Under the pieces are notes generated by a model. That model was not told where the DNA came from. It made no database searches and saw nothing but the letters and a program-made list of their open reading frames with translations. From Candidatus Bipolaricaulota bacterium (lineage in GTDB: Bacteria; Bipolaricaulota; Bipolaricaulia; UBA7950; UBA9294), in the NCBI GenBank assembly GCA_040752575.1, contig JBFMGK010000066.1, positions 14,640 to 78,639 of the forward strand: 64,000 bases of DNA, in the 5' to 3' direction. Both the position numbers and the translations under genes were made by a program. Shown here one piece after another: positions 30,281 through 39,727 of the stretch (position 1 is its first letter; the number at the start of each line of letters is the position of its first letter).

Positions 30281-33200
30281 GCTCGCTGCGATCGTAGACC
30301 CGCGGGTATAGGCCGAGACTGCGCAACTCGCGCAGGAGCACCTTGAAGGACTCGGGAAGCCCCGGCGACGGGAACTCCTCCCCCTTCAGGATCGACTTGT
30401 ACAACTGGATTCGCCCCCGCGTGTCGTCGGACTTGACCGTCAGCATCTCCTGAAGAAGCGCCGACGCACCATACGCTTCGAGCGCCCACACCTCCATCTC
30501 GCCAAGCCGCTGTCCGCCGAACTGGGCCTTCCCGCCGAGCGGCTGCTGCGTGATCAGCGCGTACGGCCCCGTGGATCGCGCGTGGATCTTCTCGTCGGCG
30601 ATGTGCTCAAGCTTGAGGATGTACATGTACCCGACCGTGATCGGCCGAGCAAACGGATTGCCCGTGCGCCCGTCTCGCAGGACGACCTTGCCGTCGTGGT
30701 CGTCTCCCTCGGCCAGTCCCGCCTTCTCGCGCTCGGTTCGCAGCTCCGTCAGGATCTCATCCTCGCTCGCGCCGTCGAAGATCGGACTGGCCACGAGCTC
30801 GCCCCTCAGTTGCGCCAGCCACCCTAGGTTCGCCTCGAAGATCTGCCCGAGGTTCATGCGTGAGGGCACGCCCATCGGATTGAGCACGATATCGACCGGC
30901 GTCCCGTCAGGGAGAAACGGCATCTCCGCCATCGGTCGCACCGTCGAGATCACGCCCTTGTTCCCGTGCCGTCCGGCAAGCTTGTCGCCAATGGATACGG
31001 TCTTCCGTTGCGCGACGAAGACCTTCACCAGCTCGTTGACTCCGGCATCAAGCTCGTCGCCGCGGTCACGGGAGAACTTCTTGACCGCGATCACTTTGGC
31101 CGTACCGGACACCGGCCGCATGCGCAGAGACGTGTTGCGGACGTTTCTCGCTCGCTCGCCAAAGATGGACCGGAAGATCTTCTCCTCCGGCGTGGGTTCC
31201 GACTCGCCGCGTGGCGTGATCTTCCCGACGAGAATGTCCCCGGTCCTCACGACGGTCCCCTCGCGCACAATCCCATCCTCGTCGAGGTTCTTCAGGTCCT
31301 CCTTCGAGATGTTCGGGATGTCGGCCGTGATCTCCTCAGGGCCCAACTTCGTCTCCTCGGCCTTGACCTCGAACTCCTCGATATGGATCGAGTCGAGGAG
31401 ATTCTCACGCACGAGGCGGTCACTCACGACGATCGCATCCTCGTAGTTGTAGCCCTCAAACGGCATGATCGCGACCAACAGGTTCCTGCCCAGCGCCAAT
31501 TCGCCCTGGTCGCTCGATGGACCGTCGGCGAGGAGGTCTCCCTCCGATACGGGGTCTCCCTCCTCCACGACCGGCCGCTGATGGAGGATGGTGTCCTGGT
31601 TCGATCGCTCGAAGCTCACCAACGGGTAGGCGCGGCGCTTCTTCCCCTTCTTGACCACGACTTGCGTCGCATCGACTTCGGCCACGACCCCGTCCTCTTC
31701 CGCCAGGAGCAGCATGCCCGAGTCCATCGCCGCCTGGCGTTCCAGACCGGTTCCCACCAGAGGCGCCTCGGGACGCAGCAGCGGCACAGCCTGCCGCTGC
31801 ATGTTCGCCCCCATCAGAGCGCGGTTGGAGTCGTCGTGCTCAAGGAATGGGATCAGTGCGGAGGAGATCCCGACGAGCGCGCACGGCGAGATCCCCACGT
31901 AGTCAACCTGCGAAGGCGGGACCAACCGAACATCCTCGCGGCCAGTCCGGACCTCGATGCGCTCGCCGAGCAGCTTGCCGTTCGCGGCCATCGCCGTTGT
32001 AGCGGGCGCGATGCACAGCCGCTCCTCGTCATCGGCCATGAGGTAGTCGACCTGATCCGTGACCTTTCCCTTCACCACCTTGCGGTACGGCGCAACGAGG
32101 AAGCCGTACTCGTTCACTCCCGCATAGCACGCCAACGACGTAATCAGACCGATATTCTGGCCTTCCGGCGTCTCGATGGGGCAGATCCGCGCGTAGTGGG
32201 AGGAGTGGACGTCGCGCACTTCGATCTTCGCGCGCCGCTTGGTGAGTCCGCCACCCAGAGCGTTCAGCCGACGCTTGTGCGTCAGTTCCGTCAGCGGGTT
32301 CGTCTGCTCGAGGAACTGCGAGAACCGTCCCGTGTAGAAGAGCTGGTTGATCGACCCCTGCACAGTCCGCGTCGAGATCAGCCTGCGGATCGTGTCTTTC
32401 TCCTCGAGCGCATACTTCGACAGCTTGTCGCGCGCGATCCGCGCCATGCGCACAAGACCGGTCCGTAGTGCGTTTTCCGCCAATTCCCCGGGCAGGCGAA
32501 CGCGCTTGTTCGCCAGATGGTCCTTCTCATCCAGCACGTCGGGATTGCTTGGCACGTCGATCAGGATCCGGATCGTACGCACGATGTCGGCCAAGTAGAG
32601 AACGGGTTGGGTGAGTTCCATCCCGAGTTTCCGGTTCACCTTGAATCGTCCCACGCGGGAGAGGTGGTAGCTTGCAGGGTGGAAGTAGAGGTTCTCGACG
32701 AACTCGCCCATCTGCGATGGCGAGGATCGGTCCGACGGGCGAAGTTTGCGGTAGACGGAGCGAAGGGCCTCTTCCTGGCTCGTCGTCTGGTCCTCTTCGA
32801 GCGCCCGCTGAATCAGCCGATGAACGACGCGAAGGCTCTTCACACCGGCCTTCTCGATTCGCGGGAGGTGGCTTTTGGCCAGCGTCTCGCCCAGGCTCAC
32901 AATCGGCTCGCCGTCCTTGTCAAAGACGGCCTCGGCCATTCGACAGCCTACGTAGGCAGAGAGCTTCTCGGCCGTCGCTGGCGCAACGGTGACTCCGAAA
33001 GTGCGACAGATCCTGGCTTCGTCGAGACCCAGGGCCCTGAGCAGCACCGTCGCCACGACGCGGCCTTTGCGGTCGAGGTTGGCTCGCAGCGTCCCTCGCT
33101 TGGTATCGAGAAGGATCTCCAACCAGGCGCCCAGCTCGGGCAGGATGTGCCCCTTGTACTGGTGGGGCTCCTCCTGGGTGAAGTACACCCCGGGGGCGCG

Positions 33201-33593
33201 CGTCAACTCGTTGACGAGAGCGTTCTCCGAGCCATTGATGATGAAGGTGCCCCGGCTCGTCATCATCGGGAAGTCGCCGATGTACAGCTCCGTTTCTTGC
33301 AGGAGCTTGCCTTCCTGAAGGAGCCGCGCGGTGACGCGCAGAGGCTTGGAGTACGTGAGGTCCTTGTCCTTGCACTCCGTCTCGTTGTTGCGTGGCTCCC
33401 CAAGATACGGATCGACGAACTCCATCGTCAGCCCGTCCTTCCCGTGGCCCTCGATCGGCGAAACGTCGGCGAATGCGCGCTGAATACCGTCCTTCACGAA
33501 CTCGTCGAACGACCGCACGACATCCGCGAGGAGAAACGGCGGGGGAAGGATCTGTTGTATACGTCCGTAGGATCTGCGCTCTCGGGTCTTCAT
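30261..33593 (-). CDS. rpoB: RNA polymerase beta subunit
   Basis: GTFIING, CPIETPEG, ALMGANMQRQA, GDKLAGRHGNKG, HARSTGPY, GGQRLGEME; 1110 aa. Confidence 0.98.
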   Translation of the reverse strand: MKTRERRSYGRIQQILPPPFLLADVVRSFDEFVKDGIQRAFADVSPIEGHGKDGLTMEFVDPYLGEPRNNETECKDKDLTYSKPLRVTARLLQEGKLLQETELYIGDFPMMTSRGTFIINGSENALVNELTRAPGVYFTQEEPHQYKGHILPELGAWLEILLDTKRGTLRANLDRKGRVVATVLLRALGLDEARICRTFGVTVAPATAEKLSAYVGCRMAEAVFDKDGEPIVSLGETLAKSHLPRIEKAGVKSLRVVHRLIQRALEEDQTTSQEEALRSVYRKLRPSDRSSPSQMGEFVENLYFHPASYHLSRVGRFKVNRKLGMELTQPVLYLADIVRTIRILIDVPSNPDVLDEKDHLANKRVRLPGELAENALRTGLVRMARIARDKLSKYALEEKDTIRRLISTRTVQGSINQLFYTGRFSQFLEQTNPLTELTHKRRLNALGGGLTKRRAKIEVRDVHSSHYARICPIETPEGQNIGLITSLACYAGVNEYGFLVAPYRKVVKGKVTDQVDYLMADDEERLCIAPATTAMAANGKLLGERIEVRTGREDVRLVPPSQVDYVGISPCALVGISSALIPFLEHDDSNRALMGANMQRQAVPLLRPEAPLVGTGLERQAAMDSGMLLLAEEDGVVAEVDATQVVVKKGKKRRAYPLVSFERSNQDTILHQRPVVEEGDPVSEGDLLADGPSSDQGELALGRNLLVAIMPFEGYNYEDAIVVSDRLVRENLLDSIHIEEFEVKAEETKLGPEEITADIPNISKEDLKNLDEDGIVREGTVVRTGDILVGKITPRGESEPTPEEKIFRSIFGERARNVRNTSLRMRPVSGTAKVIAVKKFSRDRGDELDAGVNELVKVFVAQRKTVSIGDKLAGRHGNKGVISTVRPMAEMPFLPDGTPVDIVLNPMGVPSRMNLGQIFEANLGWLAQLRGELVASPIFDGASEDEILTELRTEREKAGLAEGDDHDGKVVLRDGRTGNPFARPITVGYMYILKLEHIADEKIHARSTGPYALITQQPLGGKAQFGGQRLGEMEVWALEAYGASALLQEMLTVKSDDTRGRIQLYKSILKGEEFPSPGLPESFKVLLRELRSLGLYPRVYDRSEHEVDIT

Positions 33594-33610
33594 CTTGTCC
33601 CCTTACACAA

Positions 33611-33654
33611 GAACGCCCTGCCCTAAGGCGCTGCGCACCTTAAGGCAGGCGTCA
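33611..33654 (-). terminator. Long hairpin (attenuator or terminator-like) between rplL and rpoB
   Basis: Minus strand GACGCCTGCCTTAAGGTGC-GCA-GCGCCTTAGGGCAGGGCGTT followed by CTTGTGT. Confidence 0.55.
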
Positions 33655-33684
33655 TCCGAAACCAGCCGCGTTCTGCGGGACGAT

Positions 33685-34065
33685 CTACTCCAGTTCGATC
33701 TCAGCGCCCGCCGCCTCCAGTTTCTCTTTGATGCTCGCCGCTTCGTCGGGCGAGGCGTTCTCCTTGATGATCGCGGGGATCTTGTCCGCCAGGTCCTTGG
33801 CCTCCTTGAGACCGAGGCCGGTGATCTCCTTGATCTCCTTGATGACCTGGATCTTCTTCTGGCCGGCGCTCTTCATGATGACCTTGTAGGTCTCCGCGGC
33901 GGGCTTCGCCGCGCCATCGCCACCCGCCGAGGGGGCGACCGCGACCGCGACCGGGGCAGCCATCGCGGCCGACACACCGAAGCGCTCTTCGATCATCCCG
34001 ACCAAGTCGGCAAGGTCCTTCACCGACATCTCCTCAATCTGCTGAAGGAGCTCTTCCTTCCCCAT
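33685..34065 (-). CDS. rplL: 50S ribosomal protein L7/L12
   Basis: [27 protein letters not shown]. Confidence 0.97.
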   Translation of the reverse strand: MGKEELLQQIEEMSVKDLADLVGMIEERFGVSAAMAAPVAVAVAPSAGGDGAAKPAAETYKVIMKSAGQKKIQVIKEIKEITGLGLKEAKDLADKIPAIIKENASPDEAASIKEKLEAAGAEIELE

Positions 34066-34068
34066 GCC

Positions 34069-34605
34069 TTATGCCTCCTCTTTGTGCTCTTCGCGTTGCT
34101 TCTTCACTTCGTTCAGGACGACCGCGAGCTCGCGGACCTTGGCCTGCAACACCACAGCAAGGGCGCGCATGGGGCCGGAAAGGACCATCGCCAGCCTTGC
34201 CAGCAACTCCTGCCGCGAGGGCAGGTTCGTGTAGCGTGCGATCTCGCTCTCGAGCACGAGCGCGCCCTCGAACAAGCCGCCCTTCAGTTCATACTTCGGG
34301 CTGTACGTCTTCCGACACTCGTCGCTGACCTTGAATGCGACGGCCGGGTCGCCGAAGCCCATTGCTACGCCGATCGGGCCGCGGAACAAGTCCGAGAGTC
34401 CCTCGATCCCCGCGTCACGGGCCGCGATCCGGGCGAGCGTGTCCTTCACGACGCGGTACGAGACACCTTGCTGCGTGAACTTCCTTCGCAGCTCAACCAT
34501 CTCGTTGGCCGTAAGCCCCCGGTAGTCCGCCAAGACCATCGCCGAGGCTCTCTTGAAATCCTCGGTCAGTCGAGCGACTTCGTCGATCTTCTGTTGCGTA
34601 GGCAT
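34069..34605 (-). CDS. rplJ: 50S ribosomal protein L10
   Basis: DYRGLT, LRR, VVKDTL, LKGG, LPSR.EL. Confidence 0.96.
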   Translation of the reverse strand: MPTQQKIDEVARLTEDFKRASAMVLADYRGLTANEMVELRRKFTQQGVSYRVVKDTLARIAARDAGIEGLSDLFRGPIGVAMGFGDPAVAFKVSDECRKTYSPKYELKGGLFEGALVLESEIARYTNLPSRQELLARLAMVLSGPMRALAVVLQAKVRELAVVLNEVKKQREEHKEEA

Positions 34606-34614
34606 CTCTCGCTC

Positions 34615-35322
34615 CTAGGTCTCGGCTTCCGTGACCGCGCTGACTTCGCTGAGATCGAGCGCGATGCCCGGTCCCATCGTCGACGCGATGCTCACCTTGC
34701 GGATGTACCGACCCTTGATGCCTTCCTCCGGGCGGCGCTCAGCGACGCTGCGGAGGATGGCGACCAGGTTGTCCTTCAGTGCCGACGCGTCGAACGACGC
34801 CCTTCCGAACACCGTGTGGACAACACCCTGGCGGTCCGTACGGAACTCGACCATTCCCTTCTTGAGTTCGCCGATGACAACGCCGATATCCTTCGTCACC
34901 GTTCCCGTCTTGGGACTCGGCATCATCCCGCGCGGCCCCAGCACTTTGCCGAGTTTTCCTACCACAGGCATCATGTCGGGCGTCGCGACGACCTTGTCGA
35001 ACTCGAACCAACCCTCCTGGATCCTCTTGGCGAGATCCTCGCCGCCCACGTAGTCGGCGCCCGCCTTCTCGGCTTCGGACACGCTCTCGCCTTTGGCGAA
35101 CGCGAGGACACGAACGGTCTTTCCCGTGCCGTGAGGCAGATTGCACGTTCCGCGCACGACAACCTGGCTCGCCTTGATCCCGAGGACGAACGCGACTTCC
35201 GCCGTCTCGTCGAACTTCGCCGTCGCGCCGGCCTTCAGTTTCGCGACCGCATCGTCGATGCCGTACGAAACGCTGGGCTGTACGAGTTGTGCAACGCCGG
35301 TGTACCGTCTGCTGCGCTTCAC
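34615..35322 (-). CDS. rplA: 50S ribosomal protein L1
   Basis: [32 protein letters not shown]. Confidence 0.97.
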   Translation of the reverse strand: MKRSRRYTGVAQLVQPSVSYGIDDAVAKLKAGATAKFDETAEVAFVLGIKASQVVVRGTCNLPHGTGKTVRVLAFAKGESVSEAEKAGADYVGGEDLAKRIQEGWFEFDKVVATPDMMPVVGKLGKVLGPRGMMPSPKTGTVTKDIGVVIGELKKGMVEFRTDRQGVVHTVFGRASFDASALKDNLVAILRSVAERRPEEGIKGRYIRKVSIASTMGPGIALDLSEVSAVTEAET

Positions 35323-35750
35323 CCGTCCACCACCTCGACTCCCATGTTGCGTGCCGTGCCCTCGATGATCCGCATCGCCGCTCCGACGTCGTTGGCATTC
35401 AGATCCGGGAACTTCCGCTCGGCGATTCGGCGCACCTGCTCTTTGGAGATGCGCGCCACCTTGGACCGATTCGGCTCCGCCGAACCGGTCTGGATTCCGG
35501 CTGCCATCTTGATCAGCACCGCGGCCGGCGGCTGCTTCAACACGAAGTCGAACTTGCTCCCCATGTACACGGAGATGACGACGGGGATGATGAGCCCCGG
35601 CGTCTCGTGCTTCGTCGCCTCGTTGAACTTCTTACAGAAGTCCATGATGTTGAGCTTGTGCTCGCCGAGCGCGGGTCCGACCGGAGGCGCCGGCGTGGCT
35701 TGGCCCGCCGGGATCTGTAGCGTGATCTTCGCTATGGCCGTTCTCGCCAT
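35319..35750 (-). CDS. rplK: 50S ribosomal protein L11
   Basis: [28 protein letters not shown]. Confidence 0.97.
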   Translation of the reverse strand: MARTAIAKITLQIPAGQATPAPPVGPALGEHKLNIMDFCKKFNEATKHETPGLIIPVVISVYMGSKFDFVLKQPPAAVLIKMAAGIQTGSAEPNRSKVARISKEQVRRIAERKFPDLNANDVGAAMRIIEGTARNMGVEVVDG

Positions 35751-35800
35751 GTGACCTCCTCCCCTATCGCTCTCATACGGTTCCTACGCCTTCCCGCAAC

Positions 35801-36922
35801 CTACAGCTTCTCGATCCCTTCGAACCCGAGGCGCACCGGCGTCTCTCGTCCGAAGATCTTGACCATGACCGTGACTTCCTCGGCTTCCTTGTCGATCTCC
35901 TTCACCTCGCCGGTGAAGTCGGCAAATGGGCCTTCGACGATCTCGACCACTTCGCCCACCGTGAAATCGACCTCGACGCGCGGCTCGGCCGTGGCCGTCG
36001 CCGACGCAGGGGACGACGCGACGGGAATCGCCAGCAGACCGGCCTTACGGCGGATCAGTTTCATCTCGGGCCCCTCAATCGGCTCCGGCTTGAACCGCGA
36101 TCCCACGTACCGCACAGCCCCTTTGACGCCGTCGATCAGCTCCATCATCTGCTCGTCTTCGAGCCCCAACCGCGCGAACACGTATCCCGGGAACAAACGA
36201 CGCTTCTCGATCCGCTGAATGGCAACGACGCGTTTGTCCTTGTACTCCTTCACCTTCAGCAGACCGGACGCTCGGCTGGGGATCGTGTCCTCTTCTTCGT
36301 ACACATCCCCTTCCTTGAGCGTCATCCCCTTGCGCAGTTTCCCGGCGCACTTGTCCAGCACGATCTTCTTCTTCTCGCGGCCGTCAGGCAGTTCCAGCGT
36401 CACGCGCCGAACCTTGTCGCGAACCACGACCGTCCCCCGATTCGCCACGACGAACCTCTCGTCGCTGTCCGACGTGAGAGGCACGCCGTTGCGGATCTTC
36501 TCCGAGGCGCGGATGTCCCGCCGGATCCTCTTGTCCGCGGGGATCAAGTACGTTTCCTCGTTACGATTGGTCAGCTCGACGACGACCCGCTGCAGGGTTT
36601 CCACGTCGCTGACCTTGGCGGCTTCCTCCATGTGACGCGGGGCCTTCCGCGCAAGCACTTCGCCTCGCAGGATCCGCTCGTTCGGCTTCGCCACGAGGTC
36701 GTACTCATACGGGATCCGGTACTCGGTCGCCGCACCTCGTCGGCTGCGCGACGTAATGACCTCCTCGACCGGGACGAGGAAGAAGGTTTCCTCGCCGTCG
36801 ATCGTGAAACGCTCGACGCCGCGTTCCCACTGGCGCTTGCGCACCCGCTCGTTGAGGTCTTCCTTGACCTTCAGCTCCGAGCCAGCGTAGGTCTGGATCG
36901 CGTACCACTTCTTCAACCGCAT
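35801..36922 (-). CDS. nusG: Transcription factor NusG with a large internal insertion
   Basis: WYAIQTYAG.E, LFPGYVF, KOW domain GPFADFTG, IFGRETPV; 373 aa; located between secE and rplK. Confidence 0.93.
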   Translation of the reverse strand: MRLKKWYAIQTYAGSELKVKEDLNERVRKRQWERGVERFTIDGEETFFLVPVEEVITSRSRRGAATEYRIPYEYDLVAKPNERILRGEVLARKAPRHMEEAAKVSDVETLQRVVVELTNRNEETYLIPADKRIRRDIRASEKIRNGVPLTSDSDERFVVANRGTVVVRDKVRRVTLELPDGREKKKIVLDKCAGKLRKGMTLKEGDVYEEEDTIPSRASGLLKVKEYKDKRVVAIQRIEKRRLFPGYVFARLGLEDEQMMELIDGVKGAVRYVGSRFKPEPIEGPEMKLIRRKAGLLAIPVASSPASATATAEPRVEVDFTVGEVVEIVEGPFADFTGEVKEIDKEAEEVTVMVKIFGRETPVRLGFEGIEKL

Positions 36923-36929
36923 GATGAGA

Positions 36930-37136
36930 TCAGCCCGCCACCGCACTTCCGCTGCCGACGATGACCCGGAGCACAAACGCGATCAGTCCATCCACGCCCC
37001 AGATGTACAGGGTGAGGATCACGGTCAGGACGAGAATCAGCGCGGTGAGCGAGATGACCTCCGGCCGCGTCGGCCAACTCACCCGCGCCGCCTCTGTTCG
37101 CACGCCCTTGAGGTAGTTCACGATCCGATCGATCAT
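36930..37136 (-). CDS. secE: Preprotein translocase SecE
   Basis: E..RVSWP motif and one TM helix; canonical position. Confidence 0.93.
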   Translation of the reverse strand: MIDRIVNYLKGVRTEAARVSWPTRPEVISLTALILVLTVILTLYIWGVDGLIAFVLRVIVGSGSAVAG

Positions 37137-37166
37137 CCTGTGTCTCCTCAGCTCTGGGATTCCTTG

Positions 37167-37239
37167 CAGGCCCGAGAGGGCTCGAACCCCCAGCCTTCCG
37201 ATTTGGAGTCGGACGCTCTGCCAATTGAGCTACGGGCCT
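37167..37239 (-). tRNA. tRNA-Trp(CCA)
   Basis: AGGCCCG/CGGGCCT acceptor stem, anticodon loop CTCCAAA, GTTCGAG T-loop; 3' CCA not encoded. Confidence 0.95.
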
Positions 37240-37262
37240 ATCCCGGTCCGCCGCCGCGACGG

Positions 37263-37427
37263 CTAGACCTCCTTGTGCATCGTATGCTTCCGGTCCCACT
37301 TGCAGTACTTGTTTAGCTCCAGCTTGCCGCGCGCGTTGGTCTTGTTCTTCTTCGTATGGTAATTGCGCCGACCGCACTCGGAGCAGGCAAGAGAGATGTG
37401 CACGACCGCTTCACCCTTCTTCGCCAT
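37263..37427 (-). CDS. rpmG: 50S ribosomal protein L33
   Basis: Own translation: [54 protein letters not shown]. Confidence 0.95.
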   Translation of the reverse strand: MAKKGEAVVHISLACSECGRRNYHTKKNKTNARGKLELNKYCKWDRKHTMHKEV

Positions 37428-37443
37428 CTTGCGTCCCTCTCAG

Positions 37444-38655
<1,212 letters not shown>

Positions 38656-38728
38656 TGGCCTGACCTCCTCAGCGTCGCTTCCTCGACGCGTCTGTGTTCC
38701 CGAAAGGGTAGTACCCGCCGCGAGCGTG

Positions 38729-38801
38729 AGCCCGCGATCGGAGTCGAACCGATGACCTCCCCCTTACCAAGGGGGTGCTCTACCTACTGAGCTACACGGG
38801 C
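38729..38801 (-). tRNA. tRNA-Thr(GGT)
   Basis: GCCCGTG acceptor stem, loop TTGGTAA, GTTCGAC. Confidence 0.95.
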
Positions 38802-38855
38802 GTTTCGGTCTCCGCCGCATGCGGAGTGTATCCGCACATCCTCCGCTCTTCCAAG

Positions 38856-38941
38856 TGGTGGAGGGGGAGGGATTCGAACCCCCGTAGGCGTACGCCAACG
38901 GATTTACAGTCCGCCCCGTTTGGCCGCTTCGGTACCCCTCC
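38856..38941 (-). tRNA. tRNA-Tyr(GTA)
   Basis: GGAGGGG acceptor stem, loop CTGTAAA, long variable arm, encoded CCA. Confidence 0.95.
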
Positions 38942-38959
38942 GATCCAACCCCAAGCCAG

Positions 38960-39032
<73 letters not shown>

Positions 39033-39052
39033 GACTCGCCTGTTCGGCGCGG

Positions 39053-39081
39053 ATTGTACGGGCACCGGTTCTAGACGTCAA
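39053..39081 (-). promoter_or_regulatory. Near-consensus promoter of the tRNA-tuf operon
   Basis: TTGACG, 17 bp, TACAAT, followed by a GC-rich discriminator (CCGCGCC). Confidence 0.75.
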
Positions 39082-39127
39082 GAAATGCCCCTCAAGGGGA
39101 CCGCGATCACGCCCGCGGAGCGTGCTC

Positions 39128-39727
39128 CTAGCAGCGACTGGCCTGGGCGTCTCGCAAGGCTGACTCCAGTGCACTTCGCAGCGACTCGCGATCGGCCACG
39201 CCCTGAAGGCGCAGGACGACGTCCCGGTGGGCCTCCGTCTCGCGCACGGAAGCCAGGCTGATGAGTTTCGCCTTGTGCTCGCGCAGCACGTCAAAGACTC
39301 TGTACAGGTCGTCCCCATCCTTGCCAAGACGCACTTCCATCCGCGTCGCCGCGAGGCCAATTCCAAGGCCGGCCGCGAGGCCCCGCAACGCCTCGCCTTG
39401 CGTGATGACGCCGACGAGCTTCCCCGCGGCGTCGACGACGGGAAGGAGGACGAGCCTGTGTTCCATCATCAGGAGCGCGGCCTTCTCGAGCGTGTCGTCC
39501 GGGCCGACCGCCGTCTCGCTCGCGTGGGCGATCGTCTCGGTCAGCGCGGAGTCATCCGTTGCCGCTCGAAGCGCAGCGCGAGTCACGAATCCCTTGAACT
39601 GCCCGTCGTCGGCGGCGATCAAGAGGACGCCGAATCCCCGCTCATCCATGAGCCGCCGTACGGTGCCGATCGACGCTGTGGGCAGCGCGGTCAGCGCGTC
39701 CCGCTGCATGTGCCGCGCAACGTTCAT
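39128..39727 (-). CDS. CBS-pair plus ACT domain protein (AcuB-like)
   Basis: V..HMQ, GFVT, LEKAALLM, LPVVD..GKLVGVIT, C-terminal ACT-like domain; ATGA overlap with the EF-G paralog. Confidence 0.8.
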   Translation of the reverse strand: MNVARHMQRDALTALPTASIGTVRRLMDERGFGVLLIAADDGQFKGFVTRAALRAATDDSALTETIAHASETAVGPDDTLEKAALLMMEHRLVLLPVVDAAGKLVGVITQGEALRGLAAGLGIGLAATRMEVRLGKDGDDLYRVFDVLREHKAKLISLASVRETEAHRDVVLRLQGVADRESLRSALESALRDAQASRC

